From: an uncultured delta proteobacterium
GTDB taxonomy: Bacteria > Myxococcota > Myxococcia > Myxococcales > Myxococcaceae
DNA: 64,000 nt
Direction: 5' to 3'
Assembly (NCBI GenBank): GCA_963796055.1
Contig: CAWCKH010000004.1
Location: 192,001 to 256,000, forward strand
Shown here: in pieces, positions 52,972 through 64,000 of the stretch
How the letters are laid out: each line of letters begins with the position of its first letter
Numbering within the stretch: position 1 is the stretch's first letter
The notes under the pieces: generated by a model
What the model was told of the DNA's origin: nothing
The model's database searches: none
What the model saw: the letters and a program-made list of their open reading frames with translations, nothing else
Program-made: the position numbers and the translations under genes

Positions 52972-55248
52972 ATGCGCTTGGCCGCCGGTGTCCGGCTCGG
53001 GCCCTACGAGGTTCTCGCATTCCTCGGGGCCGGCGGCATGGCCGAGGTCTACCGCGCCCGGGACACCCGGCTGGGCCGCGAGGTGGCGGTGAAGGTCGTC
53101 TCCGAGGCCCTGGGCGCCGACGGGGCATTCGTGGAGCGCTTCGAGCGGGAAGCCAGGCTCGTCGGCTCGGTCAATCACCCGAACGTCGCCGCCCTCCACG
53201 ACGTCGGTCTGCACGACGGAAAGCCGTACTTCGTCACCGAGCTGCTCCAGGGCGAAACCCTCCGGACGCGGCTCGGGAAGGGTCCCGTGCCCCTGGCGAC
53301 GGCCCTCGCGTGGGCCGAGCAGATGGCAGACGGGCTCGCGGCCGCGCACGAGCGGAACATCGTGCACCGCGATCTCAAACCGGAAAACGTGCTGGTCACC
53401 CGCGAGGGGCGGATCAAGCTCCTGGACTTCGGGATCGCCAAGGTCATCGCGGCCGCGCACGGGGTCGACTCCCTGGTCGACGAGGGTTCCCACCACCTCC
53501 TCAGCGAGACTGTCTCCTCCAGCGGCCAGACCGGCACGGGCATGGTGATCGGGACGCCGGCATACATGTCGCCCGAGCAGGTCCGCGGCGAGCCGGTGGA
53601 TCCCCGGACCGACCTCTTCAGCCTCGGCGCCGTGCTGTACGAGATGCTCTCCGGTCGCCGGGCATTCCCCGGAAGCACCGCCGTGGAGAGCGGGTACGCC
53701 ATCCTTCATCAAGAGCGGCAGCCGCTCCCGGAAGGGCTCCCGCACAGCGTGGTGCAGGTGGTCCGTCGCTGCCTGGAGAAGGATCCGGGACGACGGTTCC
53801 ATTCGGCGCAAGATTCTGGCGTTCCACCTGGAAGGGCTCCGCGCACCCACCGCCGCAACCTCCAGCACTCCTCCGCCGCCGGAGCCCCGGAAGCGGCCGA
53901 CGCCCTGGCGCGGGTGAAGGGCCTGAAGGTCGCCGGGCGGACCTCGTCGTTCCATTTCAAGGGCAAGAACGAGGACCTCCGGACCATCGGAGAGACGCTC
54001 GGCGTCGCCAACATCGTCGAGGGCTCGGTCCGCAAGCAGGGGAACCGGGTGCGCATCACCGCGCAGCTGATCCACGTGGCGGACGGGTTCCAGTTCTGGT
54101 CGAAGACGTTCGATGGCGACCTGACGGACGTGTTCGACCTCCAGGAACGCATCGCCCGGGCGATCACCGGCGAGCTGAAGGTGGTGCTCCAGGGTGATCA
54201 GCAGGCCCGGCTGGTCCCGGTGGCCACCAGCAACCCGGAGGCGTACGCGCTTGTTCTGCAATCGACCGCTATCTTCAACCGGCGCGATGGCCCGCGGTTC
54301 CCCGATGGGATTGCCCAGATCCGGGAGGCACTGCGGCTCGATCCCGGCTACGCCCGCGCCTGGTCACGGCTGGGCACGCTCGAGGTCCTGCTCCCGGTCT
54401 ACCGGAGCGGGGAGTTCGAGTCCGGCCTGCGCGCCGCCGAGGAGGCCGCGCGTCGCGCCGCGGAGCTCGACCCGAGCCTCGCCGAGCCCCAGGCGGTCCT
54501 GGCCCTGGTCCAGTGGACCCGCCGGCGTCGTGTCGAGGCGCGCGAGGCCTTCCGTCGCGCCCTGGAGATCGACCCCGACGACATCACGGCCAACTTCTGG
54601 CTCGCGGCCCAGCTGGTCTGCGACGGGTACATCCGGAGTGGGGCCGAGCGCCTTGACAAGGTCCTGCGGATGGACCCCATCCACCCGAGTGCGCTGTCCT
54701 GGCGCGCGTCCACCGCGATCCGGCTGGGCGATACCGAGCTGGCCGACCGGCTCCTTCGACGCGCGCGGGACCTGGGGCTGAGCCACGTGGGCCTTGGGCT
54801 GTCGGAGCTCGCCGACGCCCGTGGGAACCGGGACGAGGCGGCGGAACAGCTGGCCGAGGGTCTCAAGGCGCTCGGAGCCGACCTCCCTCCCGACGCGCTG
54901 GAGGCCATCGCGCGCGGCGCGTACGGCGACGTGCGGGCCCGTGACCTGGCACTGGCGAGGGTCGACCGGTACCTCGGCACCCGGCCGACGGTGCTCAACG
55001 CGGTCGCCCCGTACGCGCTGCTCCGCCTCGGCCGCACCAAGGAAGCCCTGGACCTGATCGCCTCCAGGCCCACCAGCAATGATCCGGGGATCTTCGAGGT
55101 GCTGTGGGGTCCGTACGGTCGCGAGGCCCGGCAGTCGCCGGCGTTCGCCGAGTTCGCCCGCCGGACGGGACTGGTCGAGGTCTGGGAGCGCGAGGGTCCG
55201 CCAGACCTGTGTCGCCGCACCGGAGTGGGCACCTACGTCTGCCAGTGA
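52972..55248 (+). CDS. Ser/Thr kinase + TolB-N-like + TPR, internally deleted
   Basis: GAGGMAEV, HRDLKPEN, DFG, GTPAYMSPE; lacks the TM and SIAVLPF block present in the paralog. Confidence 0.88.
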   Translation: MRLAAGVRLGPYEVLAFLGAGGMAEVYRARDTRLGREVAVKVVSEALGADGAFVERFEREARLVGSVNHPNVAALHDVGLHDGKPYFVTELLQGETLRTRLGKGPVPLATALAWAEQMADGLAAAHERNIVHRDLKPENVLVTREGRIKLLDFGIAKVIAAAHGVDSLVDEGSHHLLSETVSSSGQTGTGMVIGTPAYMSPEQVRGEPVDPRTDLFSLGAVLYEMLSGRRAFPGSTAVESGYAILHQERQPLPEGLPHSVVQVVRRCLEKDPGRRFHSAQDSGVPPGRAPRTHRRNLQHSSAAGAPEAADALARVKGLKVAGRTSSFHFKGKNEDLRTIGETLGVANIVEGSVRKQGNRVRITAQLIHVADGFQFWSKTFDGDLTDVFDLQERIARAITGELKVVLQGDQQARLVPVATSNPEAYALVLQSTAIFNRRDGPRFPDGIAQIREALRLDPGYARAWSRLGTLEVLLPVYRSGEFESGLRAAEEAARRAAELDPSLAEPQAVLALVQWTRRRRVEAREAFRRALEIDPDDITANFWLAAQLVCDGYIRSGAERLDKVLRMDPIHPSALSWRASTAIRLGDTELADRLLRRARDLGLSHVGLGLSELADARGNRDEAAEQLAEGLKALGADLPPDALEAIARGAYGDVRARDLALARVDRYLGTRPTVLNAVAPYALLRLGRTKEALDLIASRPTSNDPGIFEVLWGPYGREARQSPAFAEFARRTGLVEVWEREGPPDLCRRTGVGTYVCQ

Positions 55249-55278
55249 CAGCCCGCGACACACCCTTGCTCAGTCGTT

Positions 55279-55330
55279 CCGGCAGTCCACCTGGTTGTAC
55301 CGCTCGATCTCCCGCATCAGCTCCACCTGG
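55279..55330 (-). repeat. Nuclease-3'-end repeat, copy 5 (about 50 bp)
   Basis: Encodes QVELMREIERYNQVDCR; lies between the convergent kinase stops. Confidence 0.9.
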
Positions 55331-55359
55331 ACGTCGTTCCCGCCGTGGGTCCCCGATCT

Positions 55360-57871
<2,512 letters not shown>

Positions 57872-57912
57872 ACGTCCCGACCTTACACCCTCCGTGGGGG
57901 AGCGACCGGGCG

Positions 57913-58144
57913 GGTCAGTGGTGCTCCCGCAGGTACCCGATGACCTCCGCCATCACCCGGCAGTCGACCTCGTTGTACTGCTCGATCTCCCGCATCAGCT
58001 CCACCTGGCCCAGAGCCACCCCGCCCCGCCGTGCCTCCGCCGCGGCGCTCCACGCGCCCACCATGGCCCCGAGCCCATCCTCGGCCCGTGTTTCGAACCC
58101 GAGCGCGCCGCGGACGACGACCGGCTCCTTCCGGACCACGAGGT
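57913..58144 (-). repeat. Nuclease-3'-end repeat, copy 6
   Basis: LVVRKEPVVVRGALGF...YNEVDCRVMAEVIGYLREHH*. Confidence 0.95.
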
Positions 58145-58375
58145 AACGTCGAGGGTGTGCGGCGAGGGCTCCTGGCCGGAGGCACGGCGCTCGGATGTCT
58201 ACCGGCACACGCCGTGGAGCAGGAACTGAGGGACGGTACTCTCGCCGAGGTCGAGGTCCGGCCGCCCCTGCCGGGCCTCGTGCTCCGTGCGTTGATCGCG
58301 CCCGGAGCCGTCGACTCGCCGCTCGTCGACGACCTGGTCCGGAGCCTTCGCGGCCTTGATCTCCGGGCCTGTTGA
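58145..58375 (+). pseudogene. C-terminal fragment of a LysR substrate-binding domain
   Basis: NVEGVRRGLLAG..LGCLPAHAVEQELRDGTLAEV...SPLVDDLV; abuts repeat copy 6. Confidence 0.65.
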
Positions 58376-58446
58376 TTTCACGAGCAGGAGCTCGCAGTGA
58401 CTCCGGTGAAGCAAGCGACCCTGGGGCGCAAGTCGACGCAGTTCCG

Positions 58447-58803
58447 TCACTGGCCCTCTGAGGAGCCCCCGAGACCCAGGAACAGCCGGAGTCCATGATC
58501 GATTGCGCTGAGCTCGACGCGAGGGAGCCGTCCGTAGGACCGTCGCACGCGGCGCTTGTCGACGGATCGGACCTGGTCGCTGAGAGCGAACGAGCGCTGA
58601 CGAAGCCCGCTCCGGCCTGGCGACAGCGCCGGATACAGCGCGCCGATTCCCGCGCTGCGAGTCACCGGGACCAGCGCGATCAGCGGAAAGCGTTGGCCCG
58701 CGTTGACCCTGGGATCACTGACGACGACGCACGGTCGAAACCCGCGCTGTTCGTGACCGACCGTGGGATCGAGATCGACCAGAACGACCGTTCCCCGCTC
58801 CAC
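58447..58803 (-). CDS. PemK/MazF-family toxin
   Basis: RGTVVLVDLDPTVGHEQRGFRPCVVVS, DQVRSVDKRR; GGGGGAGG RBS. Confidence 0.92.
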   Translation of the reverse strand: MERGTVVLVDLDPTVGHEQRGFRPCVVVSDPRVNAGQRFPLIALVPVTRSAGIGALYPALSPGRSGLRQRSFALSDQVRSVDKRRVRRSYGRLPRVELSAIDHGLRLFLGLGGSSEGQ

Positions 58804-59113
58804 GCCTCCCCCTCGCCTTCTCGATCCATCCCTTACCTGGCGTCCAGGTCACTTCGGTGCCCTTGGTCATGTCGACGAGGTCTGTGTCACCCTCCGGAAG
58901 CGCGGATGCCCAGTCCGCGAGCCCAGACTCGGCCAGCGCAGCTCCATCGGGATGCGGGCGCTCGACGGAAGCCAGCAGGTCGATACGCCCGCGCTCGGCG
59001 AGTTCCCGCGCGACTGCCTCCTGGACGAAGCGACTCCGATCTCGCCCCAGGGCGTCGATGCGGCGGACGAGCGCCGCTGGAAGGTTCACCGCAACTCGAT
59101 CGGTGGTGGGCAT
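58715..59113 (-). CDS. Ribbon-helix-helix antitoxin (3' end possibly frameshifted)
   Basis: RVAVNLPAALVRRID...RSRFVQEAV, LAESGLADW; immediately upstream of the toxin. Confidence 0.78.
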   Translation of the reverse strand: MPTTDRVAVNLPAALVRRIDALGRDRSRFVQEAVARELAERGRIDLLASVERPHPDGAALAESGLADWASALPEGDTDLVDMTKGTEVTWTPGKGWIEKARGRRGAGNGRSGRSRSHGRSRTARVSTVRRRQ

Positions 59114-59195
59114 CGTGAACTCTCGCAGATGCAAGAAGTATGACCAACTGTCGGCCGCCGCAAGGAGTGCCTCTGGCCGAGCTCGCGCGACCCTT

Positions 59196-59885
59196 GGTCA
59201 GTGGTGCTCCCGGAGAAACCCGATGACCTCCGCCATCACCCGGCAGTCGACCTCGTTGTACCGCTCGATCCCCCGCATCAGCTCCACCTCCCCCATCGCC
59301 ACCCCACCCCGCCGTGCCTCCGCCGCGGCGCTCCACGCGCCCAGCATGGCCCCGAGCCCATCCGTCGGCCCGTCCGCCCAGGACGTCCCGATGAGCCCTG
59401 CCTCGTGCATCGCCTTCCCGATGGCCTTCAGCCCGAACCCGAGCGCGCCGCGGACGACGACCGGCTCCTTCCGGACCACGAGGTTCAGGAAGTCGAAGAG
59501 CCGCGGGTCCGGCCACGCCCGGTCGGGGTGCCGGGCCTTGGCCGAGTTGTACGCCGTGGCATAGACCGACTCCTCTGCTGGACTCCAGTGGAACACGCGC
59601 GGCGAGCCGACGAAGCCGAGGCGCCGCTTCACCTCCTCGATGTGGCAGAGCCAGCGCTACCCCCTCGGCGCTCTCTGGGGTCAGCGCGTCGGCGGTGAAG
59701 CACCGGAACACGAACCGGCCGTCCTTGAGGTGACCGCAGCCCACCATGAAGATGAGCGGCTGACCGCCCCGCGCCGGGAGCTGCGAGAAGTCGTCGTCGC
59801 GGTCGTTCACCGTCTCGTAGTCCACGAAGAACTCGAGCGCCTCCGGCCGGCGCCACTGCTCCTCGGCGAGGGTGACGCGCGCCGG
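59196..59885 (-). repeat. Nuclease-3'-end repeat, copy 7 (longest): C-terminal DEDD/RNase-H-like domain of a TM0106/YprB-type gene, frameshifted
   Basis: EFFVDYET (Exo I DxE), PLIFMVGCG, VFHWS, FGLKAIGKA, YNEVDC (Exo III); no 5' portion. Confidence 0.93.
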
Positions 59886-60202
59886 ACGAACGGCAGGACC
59901 GCTCGGGTCGCGGTTGACTTCCAGGAGGGCGTCGAAGGGGGGGCCTTGTCGAGCTTGTTTCCAGCGGGTGATGGGCGGCTCGGCGGCATCTCGGGGTCAT
60001 CCCTGATGGCGACGGGTTCCGCGGCTTCTACTCCGCCACCTCCGCGTGGCAGACCAATTGCCGGCGGCTTCTGGTACAGGTCCTGCGCGCGGGCGGCTGG
60101 CCCGCCGCGCCCACCATCCAGACCTTCGCCGTCGATTTGGCAGGCCGATCAGACCGTCATGACCTAGGAGATCTCGACCGCCGCTACCCGGAAGCGGAGC
60201 AC

Positions 60203-61564
60203 ATGGCGAATCCTGACGACAGCGACGGCGACGGGAAGAAGTGGCTCCTCGAGCGGATCTTGGGGCGGAGCGGGGTTCCGATTCCGACGTCCGCGCTTGG
60301 GCGAATTCGCCGGACGGCGACCACGGCGATTCGGGCGGGAGCGGATCAGCTGCTCGGGCGGCTCGCATCGGGCGAGGGTTTCGATCCCAGGGCGATCGAG
60401 CGGCTGGTGCTCTCCCTCGGCGAGCTGAAAGGGATCGCGATGAAGTTCGGACAGATCCTGAGCTACGTCGACGTGCCGCTGTTGACGCCCCAGGCGCGTG
60501 AGCTGCTTGGGTTGCTACAGCGGCAATCGCAGGCGACGCCGTTCGCGGAGATCGAGACGATTGTGCGCGCGGAGCTCGGCGAACGCGCGGCGATGCTGCT
60601 CGCGACGATGGACCGAGTTCCGGTGGCCACGGCGTCGGTGGGACAGGTTCACCGGGCGAAGCTCCCGGACGGGACGCCGGTGGCGGTGAAAGTCCTGCAC
60701 CCTGGCGTGGAAGAGGCGATCCGCGCGGACTTCAAGAACGCTCGGGTGGCGAAGGCGATGGCGGGGCTGATCGCGCCGGGTGTCGAGGTCAAGGAAGTGA
60801 TCGCCGAGGCGCAGGAGCGGTTTCTCGAGGAGTGCGATTACACGCTGGAGCGAAAGCGGCAGTCGCGCTTCGCGGAGATCTACCGTAGGCATCCGTCAAT
60901 CGGGATTCCACGGGTGTTCGAGGAGTTCTGCGCTCGGCGGGTGCTGACCACCCGATGGCGGGACGGGCTGAGGCTGGAGGACTTCGCTCGAACGGCGACT
61001 CAGGACGCGCGCGATCGCGCGGGGGAGGCGCTCTACGAGTTCTACATCGGGACGTTGTACCGGCATGGGCTGTTCAATGCGGATCCGCATCCGGGAAATC
61101 TGCTGTTCGGGGACGACGGCTCGGTGGTCATCCTCGATCATGGATGTGTGCGCGAGTTCGACCGGGGGACGGTGGCATGCGTGGCGCGGCTGTCCAAGGC
61201 GGTTCGGGAGGACAGGCACGAGGGGATCATGGCGGCGTTGCGCGGGCTCGAGGCCAGGCCGCCCGAGGACGACAAGGCGTTCGAAACCACCCGCCGGCTG
61301 CTACGCGGTTTTTTTCAGCCGACCCTGGAGAGTGGTCCCAGGCCGATGCGCGGGGATGTGACGCTCGAGGCGCGGCAGCTGGTCGCCGACAAGCGGGCGC
61401 TGCTGAAGATCCGGCTGCCAGGGCGGTTGCTGTTCTTGTTCCGGATCCGGTTCGGGCTCTATTCGGTCCTGGCGCGGATCGGTGCGGTGCGGGATTGGCG
61501 GGCGCTGGAGGAGCGATTCACGCTCGAGGTGCTCGCCAGCACTGGCGAGGCGGCGGGGAGGTGA
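60203..61564 (+). CDS. ABC1/AarF/UbiB atypical kinase
   Basis: LKGIAMKFGQ, ASVGQVHRA, VAVKV, NADPHPGN, LDHG. Confidence 0.92.
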   Translation: MANPDDSDGDGKKWLLERILGRSGVPIPTSALGRIRRTATTAIRAGADQLLGRLASGEGFDPRAIERLVLSLGELKGIAMKFGQILSYVDVPLLTPQARELLGLLQRQSQATPFAEIETIVRAELGERAAMLLATMDRVPVATASVGQVHRAKLPDGTPVAVKVLHPGVEEAIRADFKNARVAKAMAGLIAPGVEVKEVIAEAQERFLEECDYTLERKRQSRFAEIYRRHPSIGIPRVFEEFCARRVLTTRWRDGLRLEDFARTATQDARDRAGEALYEFYIGTLYRHGLFNADPHPGNLLFGDDGSVVILDHGCVREFDRGTVACVARLSKAVREDRHEGIMAALRGLEARPPEDDKAFETTRRLLRGFFQPTLESGPRPMRGDVTLEARQLVADKRALLKIRLPGRLLFLFRIRFGLYSVLARIGAVRDWRALEERFTLEVLASTGEAAGR

Positions 61565-61602
61565 TCATCGGAACGGGTCTCCTGTTGTTCTGCAGCTCGA
61601 TG

Positions 61603-61621
61603 GGTGTTACCTTGGTGTCAC
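61603..61621. promoter_or_regulatory. Tandem GGTGTYAC repeats, probable RHH antitoxin operator
   Basis: GGTGTTAC 61603-61610 and GGTGTCAC 61614-61621 just upstream of the RBS. Confidence 0.5.
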
Positions 61622-61634
61622 CGAGGACTCTTCC

Positions 61635-61913
61635 ATGGCCACCACGTCGGTGAAGCTCCCGCCCGCCCTCAAGTCCCGGGTTGCCGCGCTTGCGAAGAAG
61701 ACCGGCCGGTCGACGCACAGCCTCATCATCGAGGCCGTCGAGCGTCACACCACCGCTGAAGAACGAATGCAGGAGTTCGTCACCCAGGCGCTCGAGGCGG
61801 ATGCGGACATCGAAGCGACGGGCGAGGTGTACCCCGCGGAGGCTGTCCACGCCTGGCTCGACCGGCTCGCGAATGGCAGGAAGGCCATCCGGCCGAAACC
61901 GTGGCGAGGGTAG
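61635..61913 (+). CDS. CopG/RHH antitoxin
   Basis: TTSVKLPPALKSRV..LA...GRSTHSLIIEAV; ends KPW. Confidence 0.85.
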   Translation: MATTSVKLPPALKSRVAALAKKTGRSTHSLIIEAVERHTTAEERMQEFVTQALEADADIEATGEVYPAEAVHAWLDRLANGRKAIRPKPWRG

Positions 61914-62194
61914 TCTACTCGCGGCGAGCGCTGGACGACCTCGAGCGCCTCATCAAGTTTCTCGCCCGCGAGGATCGTTCCGCCGCGCTCTGTTCGGCGG
62001 CGGCCGTCCGCAGCGCAGTGTCGCTCCTCGCCGAGCACCCCCTGATCGGCCATGTGCGCCACGGCGACATCCGGGAGCTCGTCATTTCCTTCGGGAAGAC
62101 GGGCTACCTGGCGCTCTACCGATTCGTGCCCCACCGCTCCGAGGTGCGCGTTCTCGGCGTTCGCCACCAGCGTGAGCTCGACTTCCTCCCCTAG
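61901..62194 (+). CDS. RelE/ParE-family toxin
   Basis: YSRRALDDLERL, HPLIG, RELVISFG.TGY.ALYR, VRHQRE. Confidence 0.9.
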   Translation: MARVVYSRRALDDLERLIKFLAREDRSAALCSAAAVRSAVSLLAEHPLIGHVRHGDIRELVISFGKTGYLALYRFVPHRSEVRVLGVRHQRELDFLP

Positions 62195-62271
62195 CGGAAG
62201 CGCTTGAAACCGGAGCCATGGACGGCGATGCCATGTTCGCTCGCCCGTGGATCGAGCAGGAGGCCCTCGGA

Positions 62272-62807
62272 GGTCAGTGGTGCTCCCGCAGGTACCCGAT
62301 GACCTCTGCCATCACCCGGCAGTCGACCTCGTTGTACCGCTCGATCTCCCGCATCAGCTCCACCTGGCCCCGAGCCACCCCGCCCCGCCGTGCCTCCGCC
62401 GCGGCGCTCCACGCGCCCGCCATGGCCCCCGAGGCCCGTCCTCGGCCCGGTGTTTCGAACCCGAGCGCGCCGCGGACGGTGACCGGCTCCTTCCGGACCA
62501 CGAGGTTCAGAAAGTCGAAGAGACGCGGGTCCGGCCACGCCCGGTCGGGGTGCCGGGCCTTGGCCGAGTTGTAGGCCGTGGCGTAGGCCGACTCCTCTGC
62601 TGGACTCCAGTGGAACACGCGCGGCGAGCCGACGAAGGCGAGGCGCCGCTTCACCTCCTCCGTGTGCCCGAGCCAACGCTCGATGACCTCGGCCTCGGCG
62701 GCCTCGGTCAGCGCGTCGGCGGTGAAGCACCGGAACACGAACCGGCCGTCCTCGAGGAGACCGCAGCCCACCATGAAGATGAGCGGCTGCCCGCCCCGCG
62801 CCAGGAG
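62272..62807 (-). repeat. Nuclease-3'-end repeat, copy 8
   Basis: ARGGQPLIFMVGCG...YNEVDCRVMAEVIGYLREHH*, with an internal deletion. Confidence 0.95.
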
Positions 62808-62816
62808 CCCGAGACA

Positions 62817-63722
62817 TCACGGCCTCCAGGGCCCTTCCGGGGACCACGTTCCGCGGACGCCTCGGTGAGCGAGGACAGGAGCAACGAACTCCCGTACCCG
62901 TTCAACCACGTCGGCAAACGATTCCGGCGCTGCTCCGGCGAGGCCACTCTTACGAAGAAATGCGGACCACCGTTGCTTAACGTCGGGAAGCCGCGCGAAC
63001 TCGTCCTGAAGGGCCAGGGGCGTCGCTTCGATCTCGGTAGTTCTTGCGGCGAATGTCGCCTCGATGGCCCGGCAGAGTTCGTCCCGATCGAAGTCGAAGC
63101 TTCCGGCGAGAAGCCACAGGTCGTAGAAGTCCTTCATCCGGCCGTTCGTGGTTCCGAGAATGGTCATCGCGTGAAGCTTTTCGGCAATGAGCGTCTCGCG
63201 CCGGTAGGCGCGAAGTCTTGGCGCGGGGAAATCGAGCAGCGGCGGAACCTCGACCTCCACGGGGGCAGGCACAGTTGCGTCTCCGAACCCCACGTCGAGC
63301 TGCATCGGTGCCTTCGCCACTCCCAGGTAGCCACTGAACCGGACACGGATCCCGCTGTAGTCGGCGTCCTCCTTGATCATCGAGCCGACCGCGCTGCTCG
63401 AGTCGAACCTCATGCCGTCGACCACGACCGACACGGCGCAAACCTCGCGGACGATTGTCACCAGGTTCTCGATCGTGTTGCTCGTACGACCGAGAAGGTC
63501 CACATCCTTGGTCGGTCTGCTGATCGGCGCATCCCAGACACGGAGCATGAGGCCGCCTTTGAGCACGAAGTTGCTGGCATGACGGGAACTCGCAAGCCGA
63601 AAGAGGAACCGCTCCATCGCGTAGAGCTGAAATAGCTCGCTGAATGGGCGCTCGGTCTCTCTGGCCAGGTTCAGCAGCCTGTCGTGCACGGACCTCGAGA
63701 AGTTCTTGAGCTCCCCACTCAC
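62817..63722 (-). CDS. AbiEii/AbiGii nucleotidyltransferase toxin (type IV TA)
   Basis: YAMERFLFRL, FVLKGG, RPTKDVD, LDVGFGD, AEKLHA, RMKDFYD. Confidence 0.92.
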   Translation of the reverse strand: MSGELKNFSRSVHDRLLNLARETERPFSELFQLYAMERFLFRLASSRHASNFVLKGGLMLRVWDAPISRPTKDVDLLGRTSNTIENLVTIVREVCAVSVVVDGMRFDSSSAVGSMIKEDADYSGIRVRFSGYLGVAKAPMQLDVGFGDATVPAPVEVEVPPLLDFPAPRLRAYRRETLIAEKLHAMTILGTTNGRMKDFYDLWLLAGSFDFDRDELCRAIEATFAARTTEIEATPLALQDEFARLPDVKQRWSAFLRKSGLAGAAPESFADVVERVREFVAPVLAHRGVRGTWSPEGPWRP

Positions 63723-64000
63723 AGAGCAGCCTCGAGATACGGCCGAACGACATTCTCCACACGCACGATCCTCGCTGCCTGGAGCAGGGCGTCCGGGCGA
63801 CTCCCCCGACGTTCTCGCCAGGCTCGGAGGGCTTCGATTGCAAGATCGGTTCCGAGCTGTCGTCGGTAGCGGAAGGCGTCGGCGACGGAGCGTTCGGTAC
63901 TCGTGATGAGGACGTCCACACCGCTGCGGACGTGCTTCTGAACGCCCTCGGTCAGAGCCGGGGCACCCCACCAGTGCACCGAGAGGGGAGGATGCGCGAG
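63719..64000 (-). CDS. AbiEi-family antitoxin (5' end beyond window)
   Basis: ITSTERSVADAFRYR..LG.DLAIEAL...RVENVVRPYLEA; GTGA overlap with the toxin. Confidence 0.88.
   Translation of the reverse strand, partial: LAHPPLSVHWWGAPALTEGVQKHVRSGVDVLITSTERSVADAFRYRRQLGTDLAIEALRAWRERRGSRPDALLQAARIVRVENVVRPYLEAAL

Noticed and set aside
59886..60170. Possible upstream continuation of the nuclease gene
   Set aside because: No second copy to compare with and no recognisable motifs; translations are low-complexity.

Overview
GC-rich (roughly 70% by eye) bacterial accessory region. Hanks-type kinases with TPR tails, a CorE-like sigma factor, Cys-rich lipoproteins and ABC1 kinases suggest a Myxococcota host (inference). 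No rRNA, tRNA, CRISPR array or intact integrase/transposase was seen. The left half (1-45 kb) is a patchwork of redox, sulfur, metal and stress genes (MOSC oxidoreductase, arylsulfatase, sulfite-oxidase-like operon, cysteine desulfurase, katG, rtcB2, ggt, ClC channel, AA5 copper radical oxidase) mixed with many gene scraps and chimeras. The main unexplained structure lies at 35-63 kb: at least nine partial copies of the 3' end of one DEDD/RNase-H-like (TM0106/YprB-type) nuclease gene. All are on the minus strand, four end at the same base just past the stop codon, and some share inactivating lesions. They separate unrelated cargo blocks containing four toxin-antitoxin pairs, TA remnants and kinases, giving an integron-like cassette array punctuated by a coding-derived repeat. 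A second highlight is an unannotated 46-aa (CxC)6 metallothionein-like gene with an ECF-type promoter, convergent with a CorE-like metal-sensing sigma factor. All product calls come from motif recognition only; no searches were run.
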